This document shows, one piece after another, positions 26,685 through 34,064 of a stretch of DNA of 64,000 nt. The DNA comes from Acidimicrobiales bacterium. Lineage in GTDB: Bacteria > Actinomycetota > Acidimicrobiia > Acidimicrobiales > Aldehydirespiratoraceae. Under the pieces are notes generated by a model. It did not search any database. It was not told the DNA's origin and worked only from the letters and a program-made list of their open reading frames with translations. Within the stretch, counting starts at the first letter, position 1, and every line of letters begins with the position of its first letter. The stretch lies in NCBI GenBank assembly GCA_041687805.1, contig JBDNJK010000121.1:19222-83221 (forward strand). The letters are read 5' to 3'. The position numbers and the translations under genes are program-made.

Positions 26685-27521
26685 TCAGCGTCGAAACCAT
26701 CGTCGGCTGTTGCGGCGCGACTGAATCTTGTAGCGCCACCAGAGTCCCAAGCCGGCACCGAGAGCGGCGCCGGCACCGATGCCCATCGTGACAGGGGCCG
26801 CGGGTTTGATGCCCCGGTTTTCCCGTAGTGGACGCGAAATCTCGAATGTCCGAATCTCCCAGCCCTGGGCCAACGCCTCCCGAAGGAGTGCCCGGTCGGG
26901 ATTGACCGCCACAGGATGCCCGACGGATTCGAGCATTGGTAGGTCGGTGATCGAGTCGGAGTAGGCAAAGGACGCAGCCAGGTCGAGATTGTGAGTCTCG
27001 GCCTCCTTGTGTATGGCAGTCACTTTATTTTCGCCGGCCGAGTAGAACTCGACACCGCCGGTGTACTTGCCATCGCTGTCGATTTCGGCACGTGTGGCGA
27101 TGGCATCATCGATCCCCAGGTGGCGGGCGAGGGGCAGCACGATTTCTTCCGGCGAAGCCGACACCAGATAGACCCGGCGGCCAGCGCCGCGATGAGACTC
27201 GATTAGCTCCATAGCTTCTTCGTAGACCAGCGGATCGATGATTTCGGTGAGGGCGTCGTTGACCAAGGCGGAAATTCGCTGTTGGTCCCAGCCGGTGGCG
27301 ATTCGTAGCGCCGTTTCGCGCATCTTGCGCATTCGGCCCTCGTCGGCACCGAGGTAGCGAAAGACGATCTGGCCCCAAAGAGCTCGCACGACAAGCCACC
27401 GGTTGAGCATCCCGGCGCGGTGAAGGCTCGGCCCGAACGCAAGCATGGCGGCCTTGGCTATGACCGTCTTGTCGAGATCGAAAAAGGCGGCCTCGATGGG
27501 CTGAGTTCGAGCGTCCGTCAT
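26685..27521 (-). CDS. HAD-IB family hydrolase (SerB-like phosphatase) with C-terminal TM tail
   Basis: FFDLDKTV (motif I), VSASP, and YSDSITDLPML (motif IV). Counterpart of Mtb Rv3661. Confidence 0.8.
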   Translation of the reverse strand: MTDARTQPIEAAFFDLDKTVIAKAAMLAFGPSLHRAGMLNRWLVVRALWGQIVFRYLGADEGRMRKMRETALRIATGWDQQRISALVNDALTEIIDPLVYEEAMELIESHRGAGRRVYLVSASPEEIVLPLARHLGIDDAIATRAEIDSDGKYTGGVEFYSAGENKVTAIHKEAETHNLDLAASFAYSDSITDLPMLESVGHPVAVNPDRALLREALAQGWEIRTFEISRPLRENRGIKPAAPVTMGIGAGAALGAGLGLWWRYKIQSRRNSRRWFRR

Positions 27522-27588
27522 TCGACAACCTTACGGAGAGGTTGGCGCACGGCGTTGGCATCTCTGGTGGTCGCCTCTATGGTCTGCG

Positions 27589-27635
27589 ACAACGACTTCC
27601 CCGTCGAGCCCCTTATTTGCTCCGGAGTCGTTGTG
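27589..27635 (+). ncRNA. C-rich structured RNA element (candidate diverged 6C sRNA, or a cis-acting hairpin occluding the SD and start codon)
   Basis: 27589-27597 pairs with 27626-27634 (9 bp), 27601-27603 with 27623-27625, and 27606-27609 with 27619-27622. Apical loop is CCCUUAUUU. An alternative fold gives CGAC-UUCCCC-GUCG. The 3' arm covers GGAG (27624-27627) and GTG (27633). Confidence 0.35.
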
Positions 27636-28271
27636 CTCACTGTTTGTTGGTCCGTGAAGGGTGGCGTCGGTACATCCGTTGTCGCCGCAGCTCTTGCGTT
27701 GAGAACCGCCGCGTCTGGCGTGGAGTCTCTGCTGGTCGATCTCGACGGCGATCAACCCGCCATTCTCGGGTTGCCGCAGCCGGCAGGTCCTGGTGTTGGC
27801 GATTGGCTGTCGGCGGGCGGGGATGTTCCCGTCGACGCTCTGGGGGAGTTGGAGTCACATGTAACGGACCGGCTCTCGCTGCTGCACCTCGGTGATCCGT
27901 CAGGCCTCGACCTCGCCGATCGCCTTGATGTGCTGGGCGCGGTTCTGGCCGGGTCGTCGCGCCCTGTGGTGGTCGATGCCGGTTCCACGTCCGCGGCAAA
28001 TCGTTGGTGGGTGCGCCATGGCCAGTCTTTGCTGATTTTGCGGCCGTGCTACCTCGGGCTGCGAAGAGCCGGGAGGGTTGCTCCGGGATCAGAGGTCGTG
28101 GTGGTGGATGAGCCAGGACGGGCGCTCACCATCGCCGATGTGAGCACGGCCACTGGCGCTGAGTTGCGTTGTCGGATCCCGTGGGATCCGGCGGTTGCTC
28201 GGGCGGTCGATGCCGGGATTCTCGCCAGTCGAATGCCGCGTTCGTTGCGTGCCATAGGAGTAGCTGCATGA
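27633..28271 (+). CDS. Ssd/TadZ(CpaE)-like ParA/MinD-fold protein with deviant P-loop
   Basis: VLTVCWSVKGGVGTS... A GTG start at 27633 gives the usual short N-terminus before the P-loop. The ORF-track start at 27420 would overlap the HAD gene. The second Walker A lysine is replaced (GVGTS). Confidence 0.65.
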   Translation: MLTVCWSVKGGVGTSVVAAALALRTAASGVESLLVDLDGDQPAILGLPQPAGPGVGDWLSAGGDVPVDALGELESHVTDRLSLLHLGDPSGLDLADRLDVLGAVLAGSSRPVVVDAGSTSAANRWWVRHGQSLLILRPCYLGLRRAGRVAPGSEVVVVDEPGRALTIADVSTATGAELRCRIPWDPAVARAVDAGILASRMPRSLRAIGVAA

Positions 28272-29398
28272 CTCGGACGCAGACAGCGGTCGACCTTGAT
28301 GAAGTGGTCGAAATCGTTCACGGCGCGGCACTCGATCACGGTGCCGACCGGATCACCGACTTTGATGTCCAGCGCATGGTCATGCATCACGCTCCGCTTC
28401 TGTCTGCTTCGCAGCGGTTGGAGGTGCTGACCCGTGTGGAATCACGCGTGCGTGGGTTGGGTGCACTCGATCAGTTTCTGGCCGACCCCCAAGTAAGCGA
28501 AATCATGATCAACGGCCCCGGTCCTGTCTGGGTGGAAAAGCGAGGTGAGTTGACTGCCACCGAACTGATCCTTGATCGCGGTGAAATCGATCGGCTTATC
28601 GAGCGGATGGTGTCACCGATCGGTCGTCGGGTCGACAGACGGTCCCCTTGGGTCGATGGTCGGTTGGCCGATGGCAGCCGGGTCAACGTGGTCGTACCTC
28701 CGATAGCGCTCGATGGCCCCTATGTCACGATCCGTCGGTTTGTCTTGCGGCGACTCTCCATCGACTCATTTGCCGGGCCTGAAGTAGTTGAAATGATCGC
28801 TGCTGCTGTGGCTGATGGATGCAACATCATCGTCAGCGGCGGCACGGGAGCAGGCAAGACCACGTTGCTCAACGCACTTGCGCGTGAGATTGATCCAAGA
28901 TCTCGGATTGTCACGGTGGAAGATTCCGCGGAACTGGCCCTGCCGCATCCTCATGTAGTGAGGCTTGAGGCCAGGCCGGCTTCGGTGGAGGGTGTGGGGC
29001 TGGTGGAGATCAGAGATCTTGTGCGCAATGCGCTGAGAATGCGGCCCGACCGTCTCATCGTGGGTGAGGTGAGAGGCAACGAAGCACTCGACATGGTGCA
29101 GGCACTCAATACCGGTCACTCCGGTTGCCTGTCGACTTGCCACGCCAATGGCCCGCTCGACGCCTTGAGGCGGATTGAAAGCCTGGCCATGATGGCCGGT
29201 GAGGGGCTTCCGCTGGCTGCGATTCGCCAGCAGATTGCCGCCGCAGTCGATCTTGTGATTCAGGTCAGGCGATCAGGCGACGGTCGGCGGCGGATCTCTT
29301 CAGTAGCTGAGGTGGTCGGTTCCGACGAGGTACGGGAGTTGGTCGATCACGATCGGGTATTGGCTCAACGATCTCGCGGGCCCCGGTTGAGGCCATGA
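28268..29398 (+). CDS. tadA: TadA/CpaF-family secretion ATPase
   Basis: Walker A GGTGAGKTTLLNAL, and GEVRG...ALNTGH. ATGA overlap with the upstream gene. Confidence 0.85.
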   Translation: MTRTQTAVDLDEVVEIVHGAALDHGADRITDFDVQRMVMHHAPLLSASQRLEVLTRVESRVRGLGALDQFLADPQVSEIMINGPGPVWVEKRGELTATELILDRGEIDRLIERMVSPIGRRVDRRSPWVDGRLADGSRVNVVVPPIALDGPYVTIRRFVLRRLSIDSFAGPEVVEMIAAAVADGCNIIVSGGTGAGKTTLLNALAREIDPRSRIVTVEDSAELALPHPHVVRLEARPASVEGVGLVEIRDLVRNALRMRPDRLIVGEVRGNEALDMVQALNTGHSGCLSTCHANGPLDALRRIESLAMMAGEGLPLAAIRQQIAAAVDLVIQVRRSGDGRRRISSVAEVVGSDEVRELVDHDRVLAQRSRGPRLRP

Positions 29399-30258
29399 TC
29401 GTCGTCTTCATCCCGGTGTTGGTGGCAGCGGTCGTGCTGACTTCGTGGGGACGAACACCGCCGCGCCTTCCCGACAATCACGAGCCAGCTCGATGGAACA
29501 CTGAGAGGGTCAACTCGGCAGTTTCCAGGCGACTCGTCATGGCAGACCTGCATCTCGGCGCGGAGGCAGCCATTCGTTTGTGGGTCACCTCAACTGTGGT
29601 TGGTGCAGTCTTGGTGGCGTCATTTCTTGGACACCTCACCCCGATTTCCTTGATCTTCGGAGCGTTGATCGGTGCGGTGGGGCCGGTCGTTGTGGTGGTG
29701 AAGCGGGGTGATGGGGCATCTGAGAGGTTGGCGCAGTCTCTTCCAGAGATGCTTGAACTCCTTTCTCGTTCGCTCCGAGGCGGGGCCGATCTACACACCG
29801 CACTTCACGATGTCGCAAGAAGCGACAATGAGGCCGGTCGTTCCCTCGGTCCCGTGCTGGGCCGGGTGTCGGCCGGAGAGCGGCTGGGAGACGCCATCGA
29901 CAGATGGGTTGTCCAACTCCGTCATCGTGACGCTCGCATAGTGCGGGCAGTGGTAGGTCTTGGCGACTTCAGCGGAGGTTCTATGGCCCCCGCGTTGGAT
30001 CGTGCCGCATCGACAATTCGTGAGCGATCTTCGCTCAGTGCGGAAATCCGTGCTCTCACGTCACAATCGAGGGCATCGGCAATGGTGATTGGTATCAGCC
30101 CGTTGGCATTCTTCGCCGTCGTGGCGATCACCGATCCCAAGTCTTCGCACATTCTGTTTGCGTCCAATATCGGTCGGCTCTGCCTCGGTTCAGGAATATT
30201 TCTAGACACGCTTGGGCTCTGGTGGATGTCTCGGCTCACTTCTGCGGTCGACGAGTGA
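29395..30258 (+). CDS. type II secretion system F-family protein (TadB-like)
   Basis: T2SSF-domain signature LPEMLELLSRSLRGGADL plus C-terminal TM helices. Confidence 0.75.
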   Translation: MIVVFIPVLVAAVVLTSWGRTPPRLPDNHEPARWNTERVNSAVSRRLVMADLHLGAEAAIRLWVTSTVVGAVLVASFLGHLTPISLIFGALIGAVGPVVVVVKRGDGASERLAQSLPEMLELLSRSLRGGADLHTALHDVARSDNEAGRSLGPVLGRVSAGERLGDAIDRWVVQLRHRDARIVRAVVGLGDFSGGSMAPALDRAASTIRERSSLSAEIRALTSQSRASAMVIGISPLAFFAVVAITDPKSSHILFASNIGRLCLGSGIFLDTLGLWWMSRLTSAVDE

Positions 30259-31019
30259 GCGCGGTTGTGGTGATCAGCTCGTTCATGTTGGTCGGCGCCG
30301 TAGCGCTGCCGAGAATGGCCGTCCCGCCGCGAAGGATCCGAACCAGCCGGACCACGCCACGGCTACTGGGCGCCGTCGATGTCGTGGGTGAGCGATTTCG
30401 AAAGGTGTTGCCGTTTGACCCTCAGATGGGTGGGCGGGGGTTGCTCGGCGTGGCGGTCATATCGCTGGTTCTGTTCTTCATTTCTCCGCCGCTGTCATTG
30501 GTGCCGATGATCGCCCTGCTAGTGCGGTCATCGCGTCACCGTCGGCGAGGGCAGATTGAGGCGGATGCCGCAGTCAGTCGAGCATTGCCAGACGTCATTG
30601 ATTTGTTGACGCTTGCCGTCGGGTCCGGCCTTACGCTGAGGCTGGCGTTCTCGGTTTCGGCACCGTGGTTTCCGGAGCCGTTCCGGTCGGTGGCGGAGGA
30701 GACGATCTTTCGCTGCGAATCGGGAGACTCGTTCGTGACAGCGCTGGAGACTGCCTCATTGGATCTGGGCGAGGCGGCTCGTCCATTGATCAGCACTCTG
30801 ATTGCGTCGCAGACAGATGGCGCGGCGTTGTCGCCCGCGCTTGAGCGGGCGGGGGATGAGGCCAGACGGGGGCGTCGGGTCGCGGCCGAAGAGAGAGCGC
30901 GGCGGATACCCGTCGCAATGCTGTTTCCGCTGGTCGTTTGTGTTCTTCCGGCGTTCGCTCTGCTCACCGTGGTCCCTCTGCTCATTGGCACATTCAGCAA
31001 CCTCCAATTGCCGAGTTGA
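30255..31019 (+). CDS. type II secretion system F-family protein (TadC-like)
   Basis: LPDVIDLLTLAVGSGLTL plus TM helices. GTGA overlap with tadB at 30255-30258. Confidence 0.75.
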   Translation: MSAVVVISSFMLVGAVALPRMAVPPRRIRTSRTTPRLLGAVDVVGERFRKVLPFDPQMGGRGLLGVAVISLVLFFISPPLSLVPMIALLVRSSRHRRRGQIEADAAVSRALPDVIDLLTLAVGSGLTLRLAFSVSAPWFPEPFRSVAEETIFRCESGDSFVTALETASLDLGEAARPLISTLIASQTDGAALSPALERAGDEARRGRRVAAEERARRIPVAMLFPLVVCVLPAFALLTVVPLLIGTFSNLQLPS

Positions 31020-31084
31020 CTCTCGGCTCTCTGTCTCTTCCCTTTTGCTTCCCCGCTTCGTCATTCCAATTCGGGAGATATTCG

Positions 31085-31312
31085 ATGTTTTTCCAGTCCT
31101 TGACCGTTCGTATGGTCGCTGCTGTCCAATCGGCCCTCGTAGGCCGCCTTTCCACCGCTGACGATCGGGGGCAGGCAACGGCCGAGTACTCGTTGGTCAT
31201 TCTCGGAGCTGCTGCCGTGGCATTACTCGTGATTGCCTGGGCGACCAAGACCGACAAGATTGCTGAACTGCTCAACAAGGTGATTGACAAGATCATCAAT
31301 CAGGTGGCATGA
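31085..31312 (+). CDS. Flp-family type IVb pilin
   Basis: 75 aa. Prepilin motif RGQATAEYSLVILGAAAVALLV (G/xxxxEY followed by a hydrophobic helix). GGGAGA SD upstream. Confidence 0.65.
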   Translation: MFFQSLTVRMVAAVQSALVGRLSTADDRGQATAEYSLVILGAAAVALLVIAWATKTDKIAELLNKVIDKIINQVA

Positions 31313-31725
31313 ACCGGCACTTCGGGGTTCGTCGCATCGCTGCGGCGGACCCCGATCCCCGGCACGATGCTCGACTTGGCCAGGCCACGGTCGAGTCGGC
31401 GTTGTTGCTGCCGTTCGTTGCTCTCCTTTTATTGGCGGTGGTTCAGGTGGGCTTGGTGGTGAGATCGAGGGTCTTGGTCACCCACGCCGCCCGCGAGGGA
31501 GCGCGCGCCGCCGCTGTCGGGGGCTCCGATTCAGATGTGCGCCGTGCCGTCGAAGTCGCCGGCGACCTGCCCATTCATCGGCTGGATGTCACGGTGAGCA
31601 GATCCGATGGAGTAGCAACGGTCACCGTCACATTCTCCGATCCGACCGACGTTCCGCTGGTGGGATCAATGGTCGGTGACGCCGAGATGCAGGCAGTGGC
31701 TCGTATGCGATTGGAAGCGCCTTGA
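31309..31725 (+). CDS. TadE-like pilus assembly protein
   Basis: GQATVESALLLPFVALLLLAVVQVG is the TadE N-terminal motif. ATGA overlap with flp. Confidence 0.7.
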   Translation: MNRHFGVRRIAAADPDPRHDARLGQATVESALLLPFVALLLLAVVQVGLVVRSRVLVTHAAREGARAAAVGGSDSDVRRAVEVAGDLPIHRLDVTVSRSDGVATVTVTFSDPTDVPLVGSMVGDAEMQAVARMRLEAP

Positions 31726-32151
31726 GTGCTGTTCGCCACGCCAGTGAGCCACGACACCGCGGAGGATGGCCGTACTCGGACTACCGTCACGGGCGTGGAT
31801 ATTGTCGTTCACTCCCGCCGCGTTGGTCAGTGGACCGTTCTCATGGTGGCAGGTGAACTCGATGTGGTGGGCGGACCCGACCTGCGTCAGCACGTGATGA
31901 CGGCAGCACAGGCGGGCAATTCGAATCTCGTGCTCGACCTCACTGGAGTGGATTTCATCGACTCATTCGGCCTGGGCGTAGTTGTCGGGGCTCTCAAACG
32001 GACGCGTCTCGCCGGGGGCGACCTTCGACTCGTCATCCCTGAACCTCGAAACCGACGGGTATTTGAAGTTTGTGATCTCGATCGAGTGTTTCGCATGTAT
32101 GAGAACGTCGAGGATGCCACCGGCGACTCCGTACCTGGCGAGGTGATGTGA
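31726..32151 (+). CDS. STAS-domain anti-sigma-factor antagonist (BldG-like)
   Basis: VLMVAGELDVV...LDLTGVDFIDSFGLGVVVGALKR. The start is ambiguous: GTG 31726 abuts the tadE stop, and GTG 31795 gives a BldG-sized protein. Confidence 0.8.
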   Translation: MLFATPVSHDTAEDGRTRTTVTGVDIVVHSRRVGQWTVLMVAGELDVVGGPDLRQHVMTAAQAGNSNLVLDLTGVDFIDSFGLGVVVGALKRTRLAGGDLRLVIPEPRNRRVFEVCDLDRVFRMYENVEDATGDSVPGEVM

Positions 32152-32606
32152 GCGATTCGAAGTTTCCGGTGGGTCAGGTGGTTCTCGAGGTTCCGGCACG
32201 CACCGAGTTCGTTTCGCTGGTGAGGCTGGTGGTTGCCTCTGCTGCGGAAATCGGCCCCGACATGACGATCGAACGAGTCGAAGATTTGAGGGTTGCCGTA
32301 TCAGAGGCGGCGACCAACGCCATCATGGCCCAAGCAGAAGTCGGCTCTCGTGCCCGAATTGGAGTGAAGTGCTCGGTCAGCGCCAGCGAGATTGTTGTTC
32401 GAATCCACGATGAGGGCGGAGGATTCGATCCCGACAGTTTGCAAACACTCCCGGCACCCGGCACTCCAGAGAGACTCGAGTACGAATCCGGTCTCGGTGT
32501 GTACCTGATGAGTACCTTGGCTGATGAGACGGAGATTTCATCCTCGTCCAGCGGCACCGATGTGCGATTGGTGGTCTACTCGTCGAAACGGTCGCAAACC
32601 CACTGA
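32148..32606 (+). CDS. anti-sigma factor / STAS kinase (RsbW/SpoIIAB/ApgA-like HATPase)
   Basis: N-box VSEAATNAI and G1 box HDEGGGFD. GTGA overlap with the STAS gene. Confidence 0.8.
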   Translation: MSDSKFPVGQVVLEVPARTEFVSLVRLVVASAAEIGPDMTIERVEDLRVAVSEAATNAIMAQAEVGSRARIGVKCSVSASEIVVRIHDEGGGFDPDSLQTLPAPGTPERLEYESGLGVYLMSTLADETEISSSSSGTDVRLVVYSSKRSQTH

Positions 32607-32701
32607 TCACGGATCATGGATTCAACCCTGTGATCCAAATACCGTGACGCGCCTGTAGCGTTCCCGGCGTCCTACCACCTCGATAGAGCGACTCCCCACA
32701 A

Positions 32702-34054
32702 ATGCCCGACAGTCACCCCCAACCATCACCGTTCACTTGGATCGGTAGCAATCGGCCTCTTGCCCGCCGGGTGGGTCGTCCGGTGAGAGAGTTCTTGGCC
32801 ATAGAGGCAGCGAGTGGCGTTCTGCTCATTGTTTCGACTGTTGTGGCACTCGTGTGGGTCAATTCTCCGTGGAGTTCCAGCTATCACGACCTCTTTGAGA
32901 CGCACATCAATTTTCAGATCGGCACGATCCTCACACTCGACCTGCCGTTCGAGATGTGGATCAACGACGCGCTGATGGCACTGTTTTTCTTTGTTGTCGG
33001 GTTGGAGATCAAGCGCGAACTCGTTGCCGGTGAACTGAAGGACCCGCGAGCTGCGGCGCTTCCTGCGATGGCGGCCCTGGGAGGAATGATCATTCCGGCT
33101 TTGATCTACGTTGCGTTCAACTCCGGCGGGGCGACGGGTGGATGGGGAATCCCGATGGCGACCGACATCGCATTCGCTGTCGGAATCGTGTCGCTTCTCG
33201 GTTCGAGAGTGCCGGGCGCGATGAAGGTGTTTTTGCTCACGCTCGCCATCGTCGACGACATCGGAGCCATCGTGGTGATCGCGGTGTTCTACACGAACGA
33301 TCTTTCGTTGGGTTGGCTGGCGATTGCCGCCGGGTTGATTGTGGTGGTCGTGGCTATGCGGGTGGCTGGTATCTGGTTCACACCTGCTTACATTTTCGTC
33401 GGTTTGTTTGTGTGGCTCGCTGTGTTCGAGTCTGGAATTCATGCCACCATCGCCGGCGTGGTTCTCGGATTGCTCACCCCGGCACTGCCGCTCAAGCCCG
33501 ATGTGCCTGACGACCAGGATTTTGTGGGACAAGTAATGGCGGGTCATGCCAACGCGCCAATGGTGAGGCGTGCGAGTTTCGATTTGAACGAACAGGTTTC
33601 AGTGGCGGAACGTCTGGCCGACTTCCTGCATCCGTTCACGAGTTTCATCATCATTCCGCTGTTCGCCCTGTCCAACGCAGGTATCGAAATCTCGAGAGGT
33701 GGCCTCAGCGACGCCGCCACATCTGCCGTTACTCACGGCGTGGTGGCGGGACTGGTGTTGGGCAAGCTCGTTGGAATCTCGTTGTTCACGTGGATCGGTG
33801 TGAAGAGCGGTATGTCTCGAATGCCTCGCGGCGCAAACTGGACTCATGTGATAGGACTTGCCGCCATCGGTGGTGTGGGATTTACGGTGTCGTTGTTTGT
33901 CACGGGGTTGGCTTTCGACAACCCGGTGTTCACCGACGATGCAAAGATCGGTATCGTCGTCGCCTCCGTCGTGGCTGCCCTGATTGGCTCGGTCGTTCTC
34001 ACCAGAGCCAAAGAAGTCACCGAGGTCGAATTCAAAGCCCCTTCTCCCAAATGA
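32702..34054 (+). CDS. nhaA: Na+/H+ antiporter NhaA
   Basis: WINDALMALFFFVVGLEIKRE signature and about 12 TM segments. Confidence 0.9.
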   Translation: MPDSHPQPSPFTWIGSNRPLARRVGRPVREFLAIEAASGVLLIVSTVVALVWVNSPWSSSYHDLFETHINFQIGTILTLDLPFEMWINDALMALFFFVVGLEIKRELVAGELKDPRAAALPAMAALGGMIIPALIYVAFNSGGATGGWGIPMATDIAFAVGIVSLLGSRVPGAMKVFLLTLAIVDDIGAIVVIAVFYTNDLSLGWLAIAAGLIVVVVAMRVAGIWFTPAYIFVGLFVWLAVFESGIHATIAGVVLGLLTPALPLKPDVPDDQDFVGQVMAGHANAPMVRRASFDLNEQVSVAERLADFLHPFTSFIIIPLFALSNAGIEISRGGLSDAATSAVTHGVVAGLVLGKLVGISLFTWIGVKSGMSRMPRGANWTHVIGLAAIGGVGFTVSLFVTGLAFDNPVFTDDAKIGIVVASVVAALIGSVVLTRAKEVTEVEFKAPSPK

Positions 34055-34064
34055 TTGAAGAACA

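Noticed and set aside
31723-31728. The tadE-like stop UGA is followed in the same frame by the STAS ORF. I considered this as possible Sec or read-through recoding.
   Set aside because: The in-frame arrangement has a one-in-three chance. No hairpin follows the UGA. A TadE-STAS fusion makes no topological sense, because one is secreted/membrane-bound and the other cytoplasmic.
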